A stretch of 63,377 nt of DNA, the filler included, from an uncultured Synergistales bacterium (GTDB lineage: Bacteria; Synergistota; Synergistia; Synergistales; Aminobacteriaceae), in NCBI GenBank assembly GCA_937897575.1. It is 5 parts of 5 records of this genome, joined end to end, with 100 filler letters (N's around TTAATTAATTAA, not from the genome) between each part and the next. Parts side by side here need not be neighbours in the genome. Positions count along the whole stretch, not along the records: positions 17,636 to 36,728 come from CALCQG010000095.1; positions 36,829 to 59,507 come from CALCQG010000097.1; 3 more parts are not named here. The stretch is one strand, 5' to 3'. The notes under the pieces were generated by a model. The model made no database searches and was not told the origin of the DNA. It was given only the letters and a program-made list of their open reading frames with translations. The position numbers and the translations under genes are program-made. This document shows positions 30,278 through 37,760 of the stretch, one piece after another. Positions within the stretch are counted from its first letter, which is position 1. Each line of letters opens with the position of its first letter.

Positions 30278-31765
30278 ATGCTCGAGACGGTGGATCTCTC
30301 CCTGTCGATGAAAAAGAAGGAGTACAAAAGCGCATTGGACGACCTCGCGCCGCGCCTCGGGGCCCTTCAGAGGAGGGCACGGGAGGAGGGCGTCCCGGTC
30401 CTGATCCTCATCGAGGGGTGGGAGGGGGCGAACAAGGGGCGGCTTGTGAACGAGTTGCTCCTGACGCTGGACCCGAGGGGCTACCGCTTCCACGCCTTCG
30501 AGCGGCGAGGCGACGAGGAGTACCCCTTCCTGCTCCCCTATCTGGAGGTGACCCCGCCCAGGGGCGAGTTCGCCGTCTTCTCGGGCGGTTGGTACGCCGA
30601 GGTGCTCCTTCGGCGCCTGCTCCGCGGGGAGGAGCGGTCGGACTGCACGGCCGCCTTCCGGGACATATGCGCCTTCGAGAGGCAGCTTGCCGACGCCGGG
30701 GGCGTGGTGCTCAAGTTCTTCTGCCATATCGACAGAAAGGAGCAGAAGGCCCGGCTGAAGGAGCGGGAGGGCGACCTCGACCTCGCGTGGTTCGTGACGC
30801 CCGAAGCCTGGGAGGAGAACAAACGGTACGACGACTTCCTCCTCTGCGCCGAGGAGATGCTCTCCTCCACGGGGACGGAGTACGCCCCCTGGACCCTGGT
30901 GCCGGCGACGGACTTCCAGTACGCCGCCTGGAAGATCCTCTCCACGGTGGAGCGGGTCCTGGACGACTGTCTCGCCCGGAAGCGGCACCCCGCTCAGGAC
31001 TCCCTGCTCGAGGGGGTGTCCGACGGCGAGAGCGCCCTCCTGTCCTCCATGGAACCCGAGGGGGCGATGGAGGACCAGGAGTACGACGATCGGCTCAGTG
31101 AGCTGCAGAGGGAGCTGCGGTCCCTGGAGCTCCGGGTGTTCCGCGAAAAGCTCCCCGTGGCCCTCGTCTTCGAGGGCGTGGACGCCGCGGGCAAGGGCGG
31201 CGCCATCCGCCGCGTGACGGAGAGCCTCTACCCCATGAACTACACCGTCTACCCCGTCGGCGCCCCCGACGACCAGGAGAGACGGCACCACTACCTCTGG
31301 CGCTTCTGGAAGAACTTCCCGAGGGACGGCCACGTGGCGATCTTCGACCGGAGCTGGTACGGCCGCGTCCTCGTGGAGCGCGTGGAGGGGCTCTGCACCC
31401 CCGAGGAGTGGCAGAGCGCCTATCGGGAGATCAACGAGATGGAGCGCCACCTCTCGGACTACCGGACGGTGCTGGTGAAGTTCTGGCTCCAGATCGACAA
31501 GGACGAGCAGCTCGCGCGCTTCGAGAGCCGGGGCGGCGACCCGGAGCGCTCCTGGAAGCTCACGCCCGACGACTGGCGGAACAGGGACAAGTGGGACCTG
31601 TACCAGACGGCCGCCGCCGAGATGCTGCTGCGCACGAGCACATCCTACGCCCCCTGGACGGTGGTGGCCACGAACTCCAAGAGGCTCGCCCGAATCCGGA
31701 TCCTCACGGCCGTCACGGAGAGCATCCGGAGAGCCCTCGGGCAGGAGGGGCGACGGAAGAGATGA
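30278..31765 (+). CDS. ppk2: Two-domain PPK2 (polyphosphate:AMP phosphotransferase)
   Basis: Two PPK2 domains; EGVDAAGKGG, FDRSWYGRVLVERV. Confidence 0.92.
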   Translation: MLETVDLSLSMKKKEYKSALDDLAPRLGALQRRAREEGVPVLILIEGWEGANKGRLVNELLLTLDPRGYRFHAFERRGDEEYPFLLPYLEVTPPRGEFAVFSGGWYAEVLLRRLLRGEERSDCTAAFRDICAFERQLADAGGVVLKFFCHIDRKEQKARLKEREGDLDLAWFVTPEAWEENKRYDDFLLCAEEMLSSTGTEYAPWTLVPATDFQYAAWKILSTVERVLDDCLARKRHPAQDSLLEGVSDGESALLSSMEPEGAMEDQEYDDRLSELQRELRSLELRVFREKLPVALVFEGVDAAGKGGAIRRVTESLYPMNYTVYPVGAPDDQERRHHYLWRFWKNFPRDGHVAIFDRSWYGRVLVERVEGLCTPEEWQSAYREINEMERHLSDYRTVLVKFWLQIDKDEQLARFESRGGDPERSWKLTPDDWRNRDKWDLYQTAAAEMLLRTSTSYAPWTVVATNSKRLARIRILTAVTESIRRALGQEGRRKR

Positions 31766-32562
31766 CGGGACGCGCCGCACCCCCCGAGCCCGCCCTCACC
31801 TTCGAGGGAGTGTCCTTCTCCTACGGCGGGTGCGACCTCGTGCTGTCCGATGCCACCTTCTCCGTCCCCGAGGGGGAGTTTCTCGTGGTCATCGGGCCCA
31901 ACGGCGGCGGCAAGACCACGCTGCTCAAGCTCGCCCTGGGCCTGCTCGAGCCCCTGGCCGGGACGGTGACCCTCTTCGGCCTGCCGCCCCGGGAGGGGGG
32001 CCGGCTCGTGGGGTACGTGCCCCAGGACGCCGGACGGAACAGGGACTTCCCCATCACGGCCCTCGAGGTGGTCCTGCAGGGGCGCCTCGGACGCCGGTCG
32101 GACGGGCGAGGGTGGCGCTACGACGCCTCGGACCGGGATCGGGCCGGAGCGGCTCTCGCCCTCATGGGCATGGAATCCTTCGCGCACCGCCCCATGGGGC
32201 GCCTCTCCCAGGGGCAGCGGCAGCGCGTCCTCATCGCCCGGGGCCTGGCCCCCGATCCGCGGATGCTTCTCCTGGACGAACCTCTGGCCAGCATCGACCA
32301 GGAGAGCCGCGAACTGCTCCTCTCGAAGCTCGCCTCCCTCGCCGGGGAGAAGACCGTGGTCATGGTAAGCCATGACCTCTCCGCTATCTCGGGGCACGCC
32401 ACGGCCGTCGCCTGCGTGGACCGGTCGGTGCACTACCACGACTCGGGGGAGATCAGCGCCGATCTCCTCGAGGAGGCCTACGGCCAGTGTCCCGTCGAGC
32501 TCATCGCCCACGGCATCCCACACCGGGTCCTGGCCGTCCATAGGACGAGCGACCATGACTGA
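31762..32562 (+). CDS. znuC: Zn/Mn ABC transporter ATP-binding protein
   Basis: GPNGGGKTT, GYVPQ, LSQGQRQR, LLDEP, C-terminal HGIPHRVL. Confidence 0.88.
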   Translation: MTGRAAPPEPALTFEGVSFSYGGCDLVLSDATFSVPEGEFLVVIGPNGGGKTTLLKLALGLLEPLAGTVTLFGLPPREGGRLVGYVPQDAGRNRDFPITALEVVLQGRLGRRSDGRGWRYDASDRDRAGAALALMGMESFAHRPMGRLSQGQRQRVLIARGLAPDPRMLLLDEPLASIDQESRELLLSKLASLAGEKTVVMVSHDLSAISGHATAVACVDRSVHYHDSGEISADLLEEAYGQCPVELIAHGIPHRVLAVHRTSDHD

Positions 32563-33358
32563 ACTCCTCCACTTCGAGTTCATGCGGAACGCCCTGCTCG
32601 CGGCGCTGTTGTGCGGCGTGCTGTGCGGCATCCTGGGGACGGTCGTGGTGGTGAAGCACTACGTCATCCTCGCGGGCGGCGTGGCCCACGCGGCCTACGG
32701 CGGCGTCGGCCTAGCCCTCTTCCTCGGCGTCTCGCCCCAGCTCGGGGCCCTTGGGTTCGCCCTCGCCGTGGCGCTCCTTATGGCCTGGATCATGCTTCGC
32801 TCGCCCGCCCGATCCGACGCCATCATCGGCGTCCTCTGGGCCGCGGGCATGGCGGCGGGGGTCCTCTTCGCCGACCTCACGCCGGGGTACGGCGCCGACT
32901 TCATGAGCTACCTCTTCGGCAGCATCCTCACCGTCTCGGCCGCGGATCTGCGCCTCACGGCCGCCCTGCTGGGCCTGGTCCTCGCCGTGGGCGTGCGGTG
33001 GCATCGCGAGATCGCGGCCTTCTCCTACGATGAGGACTTCGCCAGGACCAGGGGCGTCCCCGTCACGGCCCTCCACTTCCTCGTGGTGGCCCTCATATCG
33101 CTGGCCGTGGTGCTCACGATTCGAGTCGTGGGGCTCATCCTCGTCATCGCCCTCTTCACCATCCCCGCCTCCATCGCCGAGCGGATTTCGTCGACGCTCT
33201 GGGGCGTCATGGCCTCAGCCTCCCTGTTGGCCGTGTTCTTCTCCGTCGCCGGGCTCGCCCTGGCCGTCCGCTTCGACCTCACGGCGGGGGCGGCCATCGT
33301 CCTCGTGGCGGCCGCAGGGTACGCCCTGTCCCTCATTCTGCCCGGCAACGACCGCTGA
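32555..33358 (+). CDS. znuB: Zn/Mn ABC transporter permease
   Basis: AHAAYGG, SYLFGSIL, VVGLILV. Confidence 0.88.
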   Translation: MTELLHFEFMRNALLAALLCGVLCGILGTVVVVKHYVILAGGVAHAAYGGVGLALFLGVSPQLGALGFALAVALLMAWIMLRSPARSDAIIGVLWAAGMAAGVLFADLTPGYGADFMSYLFGSILTVSAADLRLTAALLGLVLAVGVRWHREIAAFSYDEDFARTRGVPVTALHFLVVALISLAVVLTIRVVGLILVIALFTIPASIAERISSTLWGVMASASLLAVFFSVAGLALAVRFDLTAGAAIVLVAAAGYALSLILPGNDR

Positions 33359-33394
33359 CCGCCGCCCTCTTTCGTCAGCGCCGCTCCCTGTCAT

Positions 33395-34114
33395 TCATCT
33401 CCGGAAAAGGCCCTGAATGCGGTCCCGCGAGTTCTCCAGATGGAGGACCGCCGCATCCCGGGCGCGTTCGGGCTCGCTCTCCCTGATGGCCTCCACGAGG
33501 TTGTGATGCTCCTCAAAGACCTGGTCCGGCCATTTTTCGTAGGGAAGCTGCTCCCGGCCGTCGTGCCCTATGGACGTTATCCCCTCGGTGTAAATCCTGG
33601 ACGTCCCCTCGTATATTCGTATGAGGACCTGGTTGTGGGCCGCCTGAACGATGGCCGTATGGAGGATGGCGTTGTATCGGACGCCCTGTATCCCCATGTC
33701 GGGGGCCTTTCTCTCCCGGAGTTCGGCCAGATGGTCCATGACCCTCCGCATGGCGGCTATGTCCCGCTCGTCCCGCCGCTGGGCGGCGAAGTACGCCGTC
33801 GGCCCTTCGATCATGGTGCGGAGCTCGAAGACCTGGGTGATGGCGTCCACGGGCCACACGGAGAGGAGATTCAGGCTGTCGAGGAGCCGGTGCGTCCCCT
33901 TCCCGCCGACGAAGATGCCCTGCCGCTCCCGGATGTCGATGACGCCCAACGTCTCCAGGGAGATGAGCACGTCCCGCATGTAGGACCGCGTGACCCTGAA
34001 TCGCTCCGCGAGCTCCCGTTCGGGCAGCAGCATGCCGTTCCTCGTGATCTCCTCGGACTGGATGGCGCGATAGACCTTTTCGATCATGTCCCTCTTCCTG
34101 TCGTTCATTCCCAT
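33395..34114 (-). CDS. FadR/GntR-family regulator
   Basis: LPERELAERFRVTRS HTH plus FCD domain. Confidence 0.88.
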   Translation of the reverse strand: MGMNDRKRDMIEKVYRAIQSEEITRNGMLLPERELAERFRVTRSYMRDVLISLETLGVIDIRERQGIFVGGKGTHRLLDSLNLLSVWPVDAITQVFELRTMIEGPTAYFAAQRRDERDIAAMRRVMDHLAELRERKAPDMGIQGVRYNAILHTAIVQAAHNQVLIRIYEGTSRIYTEGITSIGHDGREQLPYEKWPDQVFEEHHNLVEAIRESEPERARDAAVLHLENSRDRIQGLFRR

Positions 34115-34181
34115 CTTCCTTTCTCGGGGAACTCGATGACGATTGTCGCGCAATCGCCCCGTTTTTTCAATTTGAGGTTGT

Positions 34182-34221
34182 TGTGATACGATAGTATCAC
34201 ATGGCCGGTCTTGGTCGGTCA
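34182..34221. promoter_or_regulatory. Candidate operator(s) in the divergent promoter region
   Basis: Palindrome TGTGATAC-GATA-GTATCACA followed by TGGCCGGTC/TGGTCGGTC direct repeat. Confidence 0.5.
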
Positions 34222-34252
34222 GAGGTCTGTTCCGTCGGAGGGGGAGGGTGTC

Positions 34253-34516
34253 ATGGAGCATGTTTTCCTGAAAATAGAGGCGAAGGACAACGTAGCGGTT
34301 GCGTTGCGGGCTCTGTCCAAAGGGACCAGCGTGTCGTCGGGCTCCGAACGCGTCACGCTTGTCGACGATATCCCCGCCTACCACAAGTTCGCGGTTCATG
34401 CCATCGCGAAGGGTGCAGGGGTCGTCAAGTACGGGGAGCGCATCGGCGATGCCACGGCGGATATCGCGCCGGGCGAGCATGTGCACGTTCATAACGTGAT
34501 GAGTCGGCGGGGGTGA
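34253..34516 (+). CDS. UxaA-family hydrolyase small (SAF) subunit
   Basis: DNVAVAL, IPAYHKFA, VKYGERIG, GEHVHVHN. Confidence 0.9.
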   Translation: MEHVFLKIEAKDNVAVALRALSKGTSVSSGSERVTLVDDIPAYHKFAVHAIAKGAGVVKYGERIGDATADIAPGEHVHVHNVMSRRG

Positions 34517-34521
34517 GGGAA

Positions 34522-35685
34522 ATGGCGACGGAGATACTGGGCTACAGAAGAAAGGACGGAACGGTCGGGATTCGGAACAAGGTGCTCGTCCTCCCGTCGG
34601 TCGTCTGTTCGGCGGAGACGGCGCGGATGATCTCGATGCAGGTTCAGGGGACGGTGGCCCTTCAGAACCATCTGGGGTGCGGGCAGATCGGCCGTGATGC
34701 GCGCATGACCATCGACACCCTCGTGGGGCTCGGAAGGAACCCCAACGTGTTCGGCGTCCTCGTGGTCGGCCTCGGATGCGAGACGGCCCGTCCCAGGGAG
34801 GTGGCGAAGGCCATCGCCGAGAGCGGGAAGCCCGTGGAGTGCGTCGTCATTCAGGAGGCGGGGGGGACGCTTCACGCCGTCCAGCAGGGTGTCCGGCTCG
34901 CGATGGACCTCGTGGAGCGGGCGAGTCTCGAGCAGAGGGTCCCCTGCGACGTGTCCGATCTCGTCGTCTCCGTGGAGTGCGGCGGGTCGGACCCCACGTC
35001 GGGGATCGCGGCGAACCCGGCGGTCGGCTCGGCGTCGGACATGGTCGTTCGCCAGGGGGGGACGGTCATCCTGAGCGAGACGACGGAGCTCATCGGCGCG
35101 GAGCACATCCTCGCCGCCCGGTCGAGGACGCCCGAGGTGGGCGAAGCGCTCTGCGCCATATGCCATCAGATGGAGCAGCGGGCGCAGGATATGGGGACGA
35201 GCCTCAGGGGGGGGAACCCCTCGCCTGGGAACATCGCCGGCGGGCTGACGACCCTCGAGGAGAAGTCCCTGGGCTGCGTCCACAAGGCGGGAACCTCCGT
35301 GTTGCAGGAGGTGCTCCCCTACAGCGCCGCCCCGACGAGGAAGGGGCTCGTCATGATGGACACTCCCGGCTTCGATGTGGACTCCGTGACGGGCATGGTT
35401 GCCGGGGGGTCCCAGATCTGCGTGTTCACCACGGGGCTGGGGACTCCCGTTGGGAACCCCATCGTGCCCGTGATCAAGGTGACGGGCAATCCGGCGACCT
35501 TCGCGAAGATGCGGGACAACATCGACATCAATGCCGGAGTCATCCTGGAGGATGGGGTCTCCATCGACACGATGGGGGCCGTCCTGTTCGACGAGATAGT
35601 GGCCGTGGCAAACGGCAAGCAGACCCGGTCGGAGATTCTCGGTTTTTGCGAATCGAGCTTCTGGCGCGCGGGGACGTGCGTGTAA
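34522..35685 (+). CDS. UxaA-family hydrolyase large subunit (altronate/galactarate dehydratase or SuyB-like)
   Basis: GYRR.DG.VGIRN, GLGCE, ECGGSD, NPSPGN..GGLTTLEEKSLG, FTTG.G. Confidence 0.92.
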   Translation: MATEILGYRRKDGTVGIRNKVLVLPSVVCSAETARMISMQVQGTVALQNHLGCGQIGRDARMTIDTLVGLGRNPNVFGVLVVGLGCETARPREVAKAIAESGKPVECVVIQEAGGTLHAVQQGVRLAMDLVERASLEQRVPCDVSDLVVSVECGGSDPTSGIAANPAVGSASDMVVRQGGTVILSETTELIGAEHILAARSRTPEVGEALCAICHQMEQRAQDMGTSLRGGNPSPGNIAGGLTTLEEKSLGCVHKAGTSVLQEVLPYSAAPTRKGLVMMDTPGFDVDSVTGMVAGGSQICVFTTGLGTPVGNPIVPVIKVTGNPATFAKMRDNIDINAGVILEDGVSIDTMGAVLFDEIVAVANGKQTRSEILGFCESSFWRAGTCV

Positions 35686-35709
35686 CGTGAAGGGAGTGTT
35701 CTCGACAGC

Positions 35710-36728
35710 ATGGTGGTAGGGCGGAGAGATCCGGACGACAAGACGGAAGCGTATTATGTCGGGCTCATGAGCGGGGCGGGCTACAGGAAGGACGATCTGC
35801 GGCGGCCCGTCATCGGCATCGTGAACTCCTGGACGGAGGTGAACCCCGGGCACAAGTCCCTCCGGGAGCTGGCCCAGTACGTCAAGGAAGGGGTCTGGGC
35901 GGCGGGGGGGACCCCCGGCGAGTTCAACGTGCCCGCGCCCTGCGACGGGATCGCCCAGGGACCGGGCATGCACTACGTGCTGCCCCAGCGGGACCTCATC
36001 GCCGCGTCCGTTGAGGCCATGGTCGAGGCCCACGGCTTCGACGGTCTGGTCATGATGGCCGGCTGCGACAAGATCATCCCCGGGATGCTCTTCGCCGCGG
36101 CTCAGCTGGACCTGCCCACGCTGTTCATAACGCCCGGCGCCATGGTCCCCTACGCCGAAGGGGGCAGGGAGTACGTCACCTGCGACCTCAAGGAGGCCAT
36201 AGGGAAGAGGAACAGCGGCTTCATAGACGAAAAAACCTTCGAACGGTGGACGGCCTGTTTCTGCTCCTCCAGCGGGGTGTGCTCCATGTTCGGCACGGCG
36301 AACACCATGGGGACCTTCCTCGAGGCGACGGGCGTGGCACCCTTCGGCTCGGCCACCATGCTCTTCTGCGACGGCGGCAAGATGAGGCAGGCGCGGGACG
36401 TGGGCGAACGAATCGTCTCCCTGGTGCGGGAGGGCATCTCCTTCAGGACGATCATGACGGAGGGGGCGCTCACGAACGGCATCAAGTACGTCTCCGCCTC
36501 AGGGGGTTCCACGAACGCCGTGCTCCACACCCTGGGGTTCGCGAAGATCCTTGAGGTGCCTCTCGACCTGAAGCGATTCGACGAGATCCAGTCCTCCGTC
36601 CCCGTGGTGGCGAAGTTCAAGCCATCGGCGGAGAAGAACATGAGCGACTACCACAGGGCCGGGGGCGTGCTGGGCGTCCTCTCGACGATCCGGGGGGCCC
36701 TCGACGAGTCCGTCCCTCTCGCCATGGG
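35710..36728 (+). CDS. IlvD/Edd-family dehydratase, 3' end cut by the gap
   Basis: CDGIAQG, GCDKIIPG, GVCSMFGTANTM, GGSTN. Confidence 0.9.
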
Positions 36729-36828
36729 NNNNNNNNNNNNNNNNNNNNNNNNNNNNNNNNNNNNNNNNNNNNTTAATTAATTAANNNNNNNNNNNNNNNN
36801 NNNNNNNNNNNNNNNNNNNNNNNNNNNN
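36729..36828. other. Artificial contig spacer
   Basis: 100 nt of N with central TTAATTAATTAA. Confidence 0.98.
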
Positions 36829-36845
36829 CCTGGAGGTCCTGCAGG

Positions 36846-37466
36846 TCACCCCCGCTCCGACAGCGCGACGAGCCCCAGCCCCGGCGGCGTCATGAGCCCC
36901 TTCTGGGAGCAGGAGGCGAGGCCGTCCACGCCCCAGGCGTCCGGACGGCAGGCCATGGCCCCCAGGGAGCTCACGGCGTCCACGAGCACCAGGGGGCCGT
37001 CGGGCGGGACGACGGACAGACAGGCCGCCAGGTCCGTCGCGACGCCCGTGGATGTCTCGTTGTGGGTCAGGAGGAGCGCCGAAGCGTCGGGGCACTCCTT
37101 CAGGGCGCGAGCCACATCCTCGGGCCCCGCCGCCGACCCCCAGGGGATGTCCACGGCGTGGATCGCCACGCCCCACCGGGCGGCGATCTCCCGGAACCGG
37201 TCCCCGAAAGCGCCGCAGGAGACGGAGATGGCGCGCTCTCCCGGCGCGAGCAGGTTCACGACCAACGCCTCGAGGGCGCCCGTCCCCGACGACGGGAGGA
37301 GCACCACCGGGCGGTCCGTTCCGAGGAGCCGCCTGAGGCGCCCCTGAATCTCTCCGAGAAGGGCGAAGTAGGGTTCGCTGCGGTGCCCTATGAGCGGGGC
37401 GGCCCCGGCGACCCGGACGGCGTGGGGGACCGCGACGGGTCCCGGCGTGAAGAGATGGGGTTCCAT
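36846..37466 (-). CDS. Class-V PLP aminotransferase (serine-pyruvate/alanine-glyoxylate type), truncated at the contig end
   Basis: LFTPGP, SGTGALE, HNETSTGV, DAVSSLG, CSQKGLMTPPG; SD AAGGAGG. Confidence 0.9.
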   Translation of the reverse strand: MEPHLFTPGPVAVPHAVRVAGAAPLIGHRSEPYFALLGEIQGRLRRLLGTDRPVVLLPSSGTGALEALVVNLLAPGERAISVSCGAFGDRFREIAARWGVAIHAVDIPWGSAAGPEDVARALKECPDASALLLTHNETSTGVATDLAACLSVVPPDGPLVLVDAVSSLGAMACRPDAWGVDGLASCSQKGLMTPPGLGLVALSERG

Positions 37467-37505
37467 AGTATCCTCGTTCCTCCTTGTCTGTGGGCCGAGG
37501 GTGAC

Positions 37506-37540
37506 AAAAAGGCCGGAAGGGATTGATGTCCCCTCCGGCC
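37506..37540 (-). terminator. Intrinsic terminator (attenuator) in the aminotransferase leader
   Basis: GGCCGGAGGGGA-CATCAA-TCCCTTCCGGCC-TTTTT; the single G-U pair works only on the minus strand. Confidence 0.85.
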
Positions 37541-37578
37541 CTATGTACGATCCTCTCGGAATATCGCTTCGCTGAATC

Positions 37579-37701
37579 TTACCGCTGTGGCGCTCCCTCT
37601 GCCGGCACGAGGAGCCCCGCTCGTCCGGACCAGCCGGAAGAGAGGGACGAGGACGACGAGGAGATCGTGCTGCGGTCAATACGGCAAAGGTTGCCCTTCA
37701 T
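37579..37701 (-). CDS. Putative serine-rich leader peptide, 40 aa
   Basis: MKGNLCRIDRSTISSSSSSLSSGWSGRAGLLVPAEGAPQR*; SD AGGAG 8 nt before ATG; lies between promoter and terminator. Confidence 0.75.
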   Translation of the reverse strand: MKGNLCRIDRSTISSSSSSLSSGWSGRAGLLVPAEGAPQR

Positions 37702-37730
37702 GGCGCTCACTCCTGAAAAAGGATGTGCAC

Positions 37731-37760
37731 GTTATACCAGCCAACCGCCCGGGATGTCAA
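37731..37760 (-). promoter_or_regulatory. Sigma70 promoter driving the leader and aminotransferase
   Basis: TTGACA-N18-TATAAC with extended -10 TG; the -35 overlaps the stop codon of the upstream gene. Confidence 0.8.

Noticed and set aside
36829..36848. TGA ending the aminotransferase early, as possible selenocysteine or recoding
   Set aside because: It lies 17 nt from the contig end and the following residues do not look like the family; most likely a low-quality or chimeric end
37467..37730. T-box riboswitch as the explanation for the leader
   Set aside because: No GGTGGNACC T-box motif or stem-I AG/GNTG boxes are visible; an Infernal scan is still advisable
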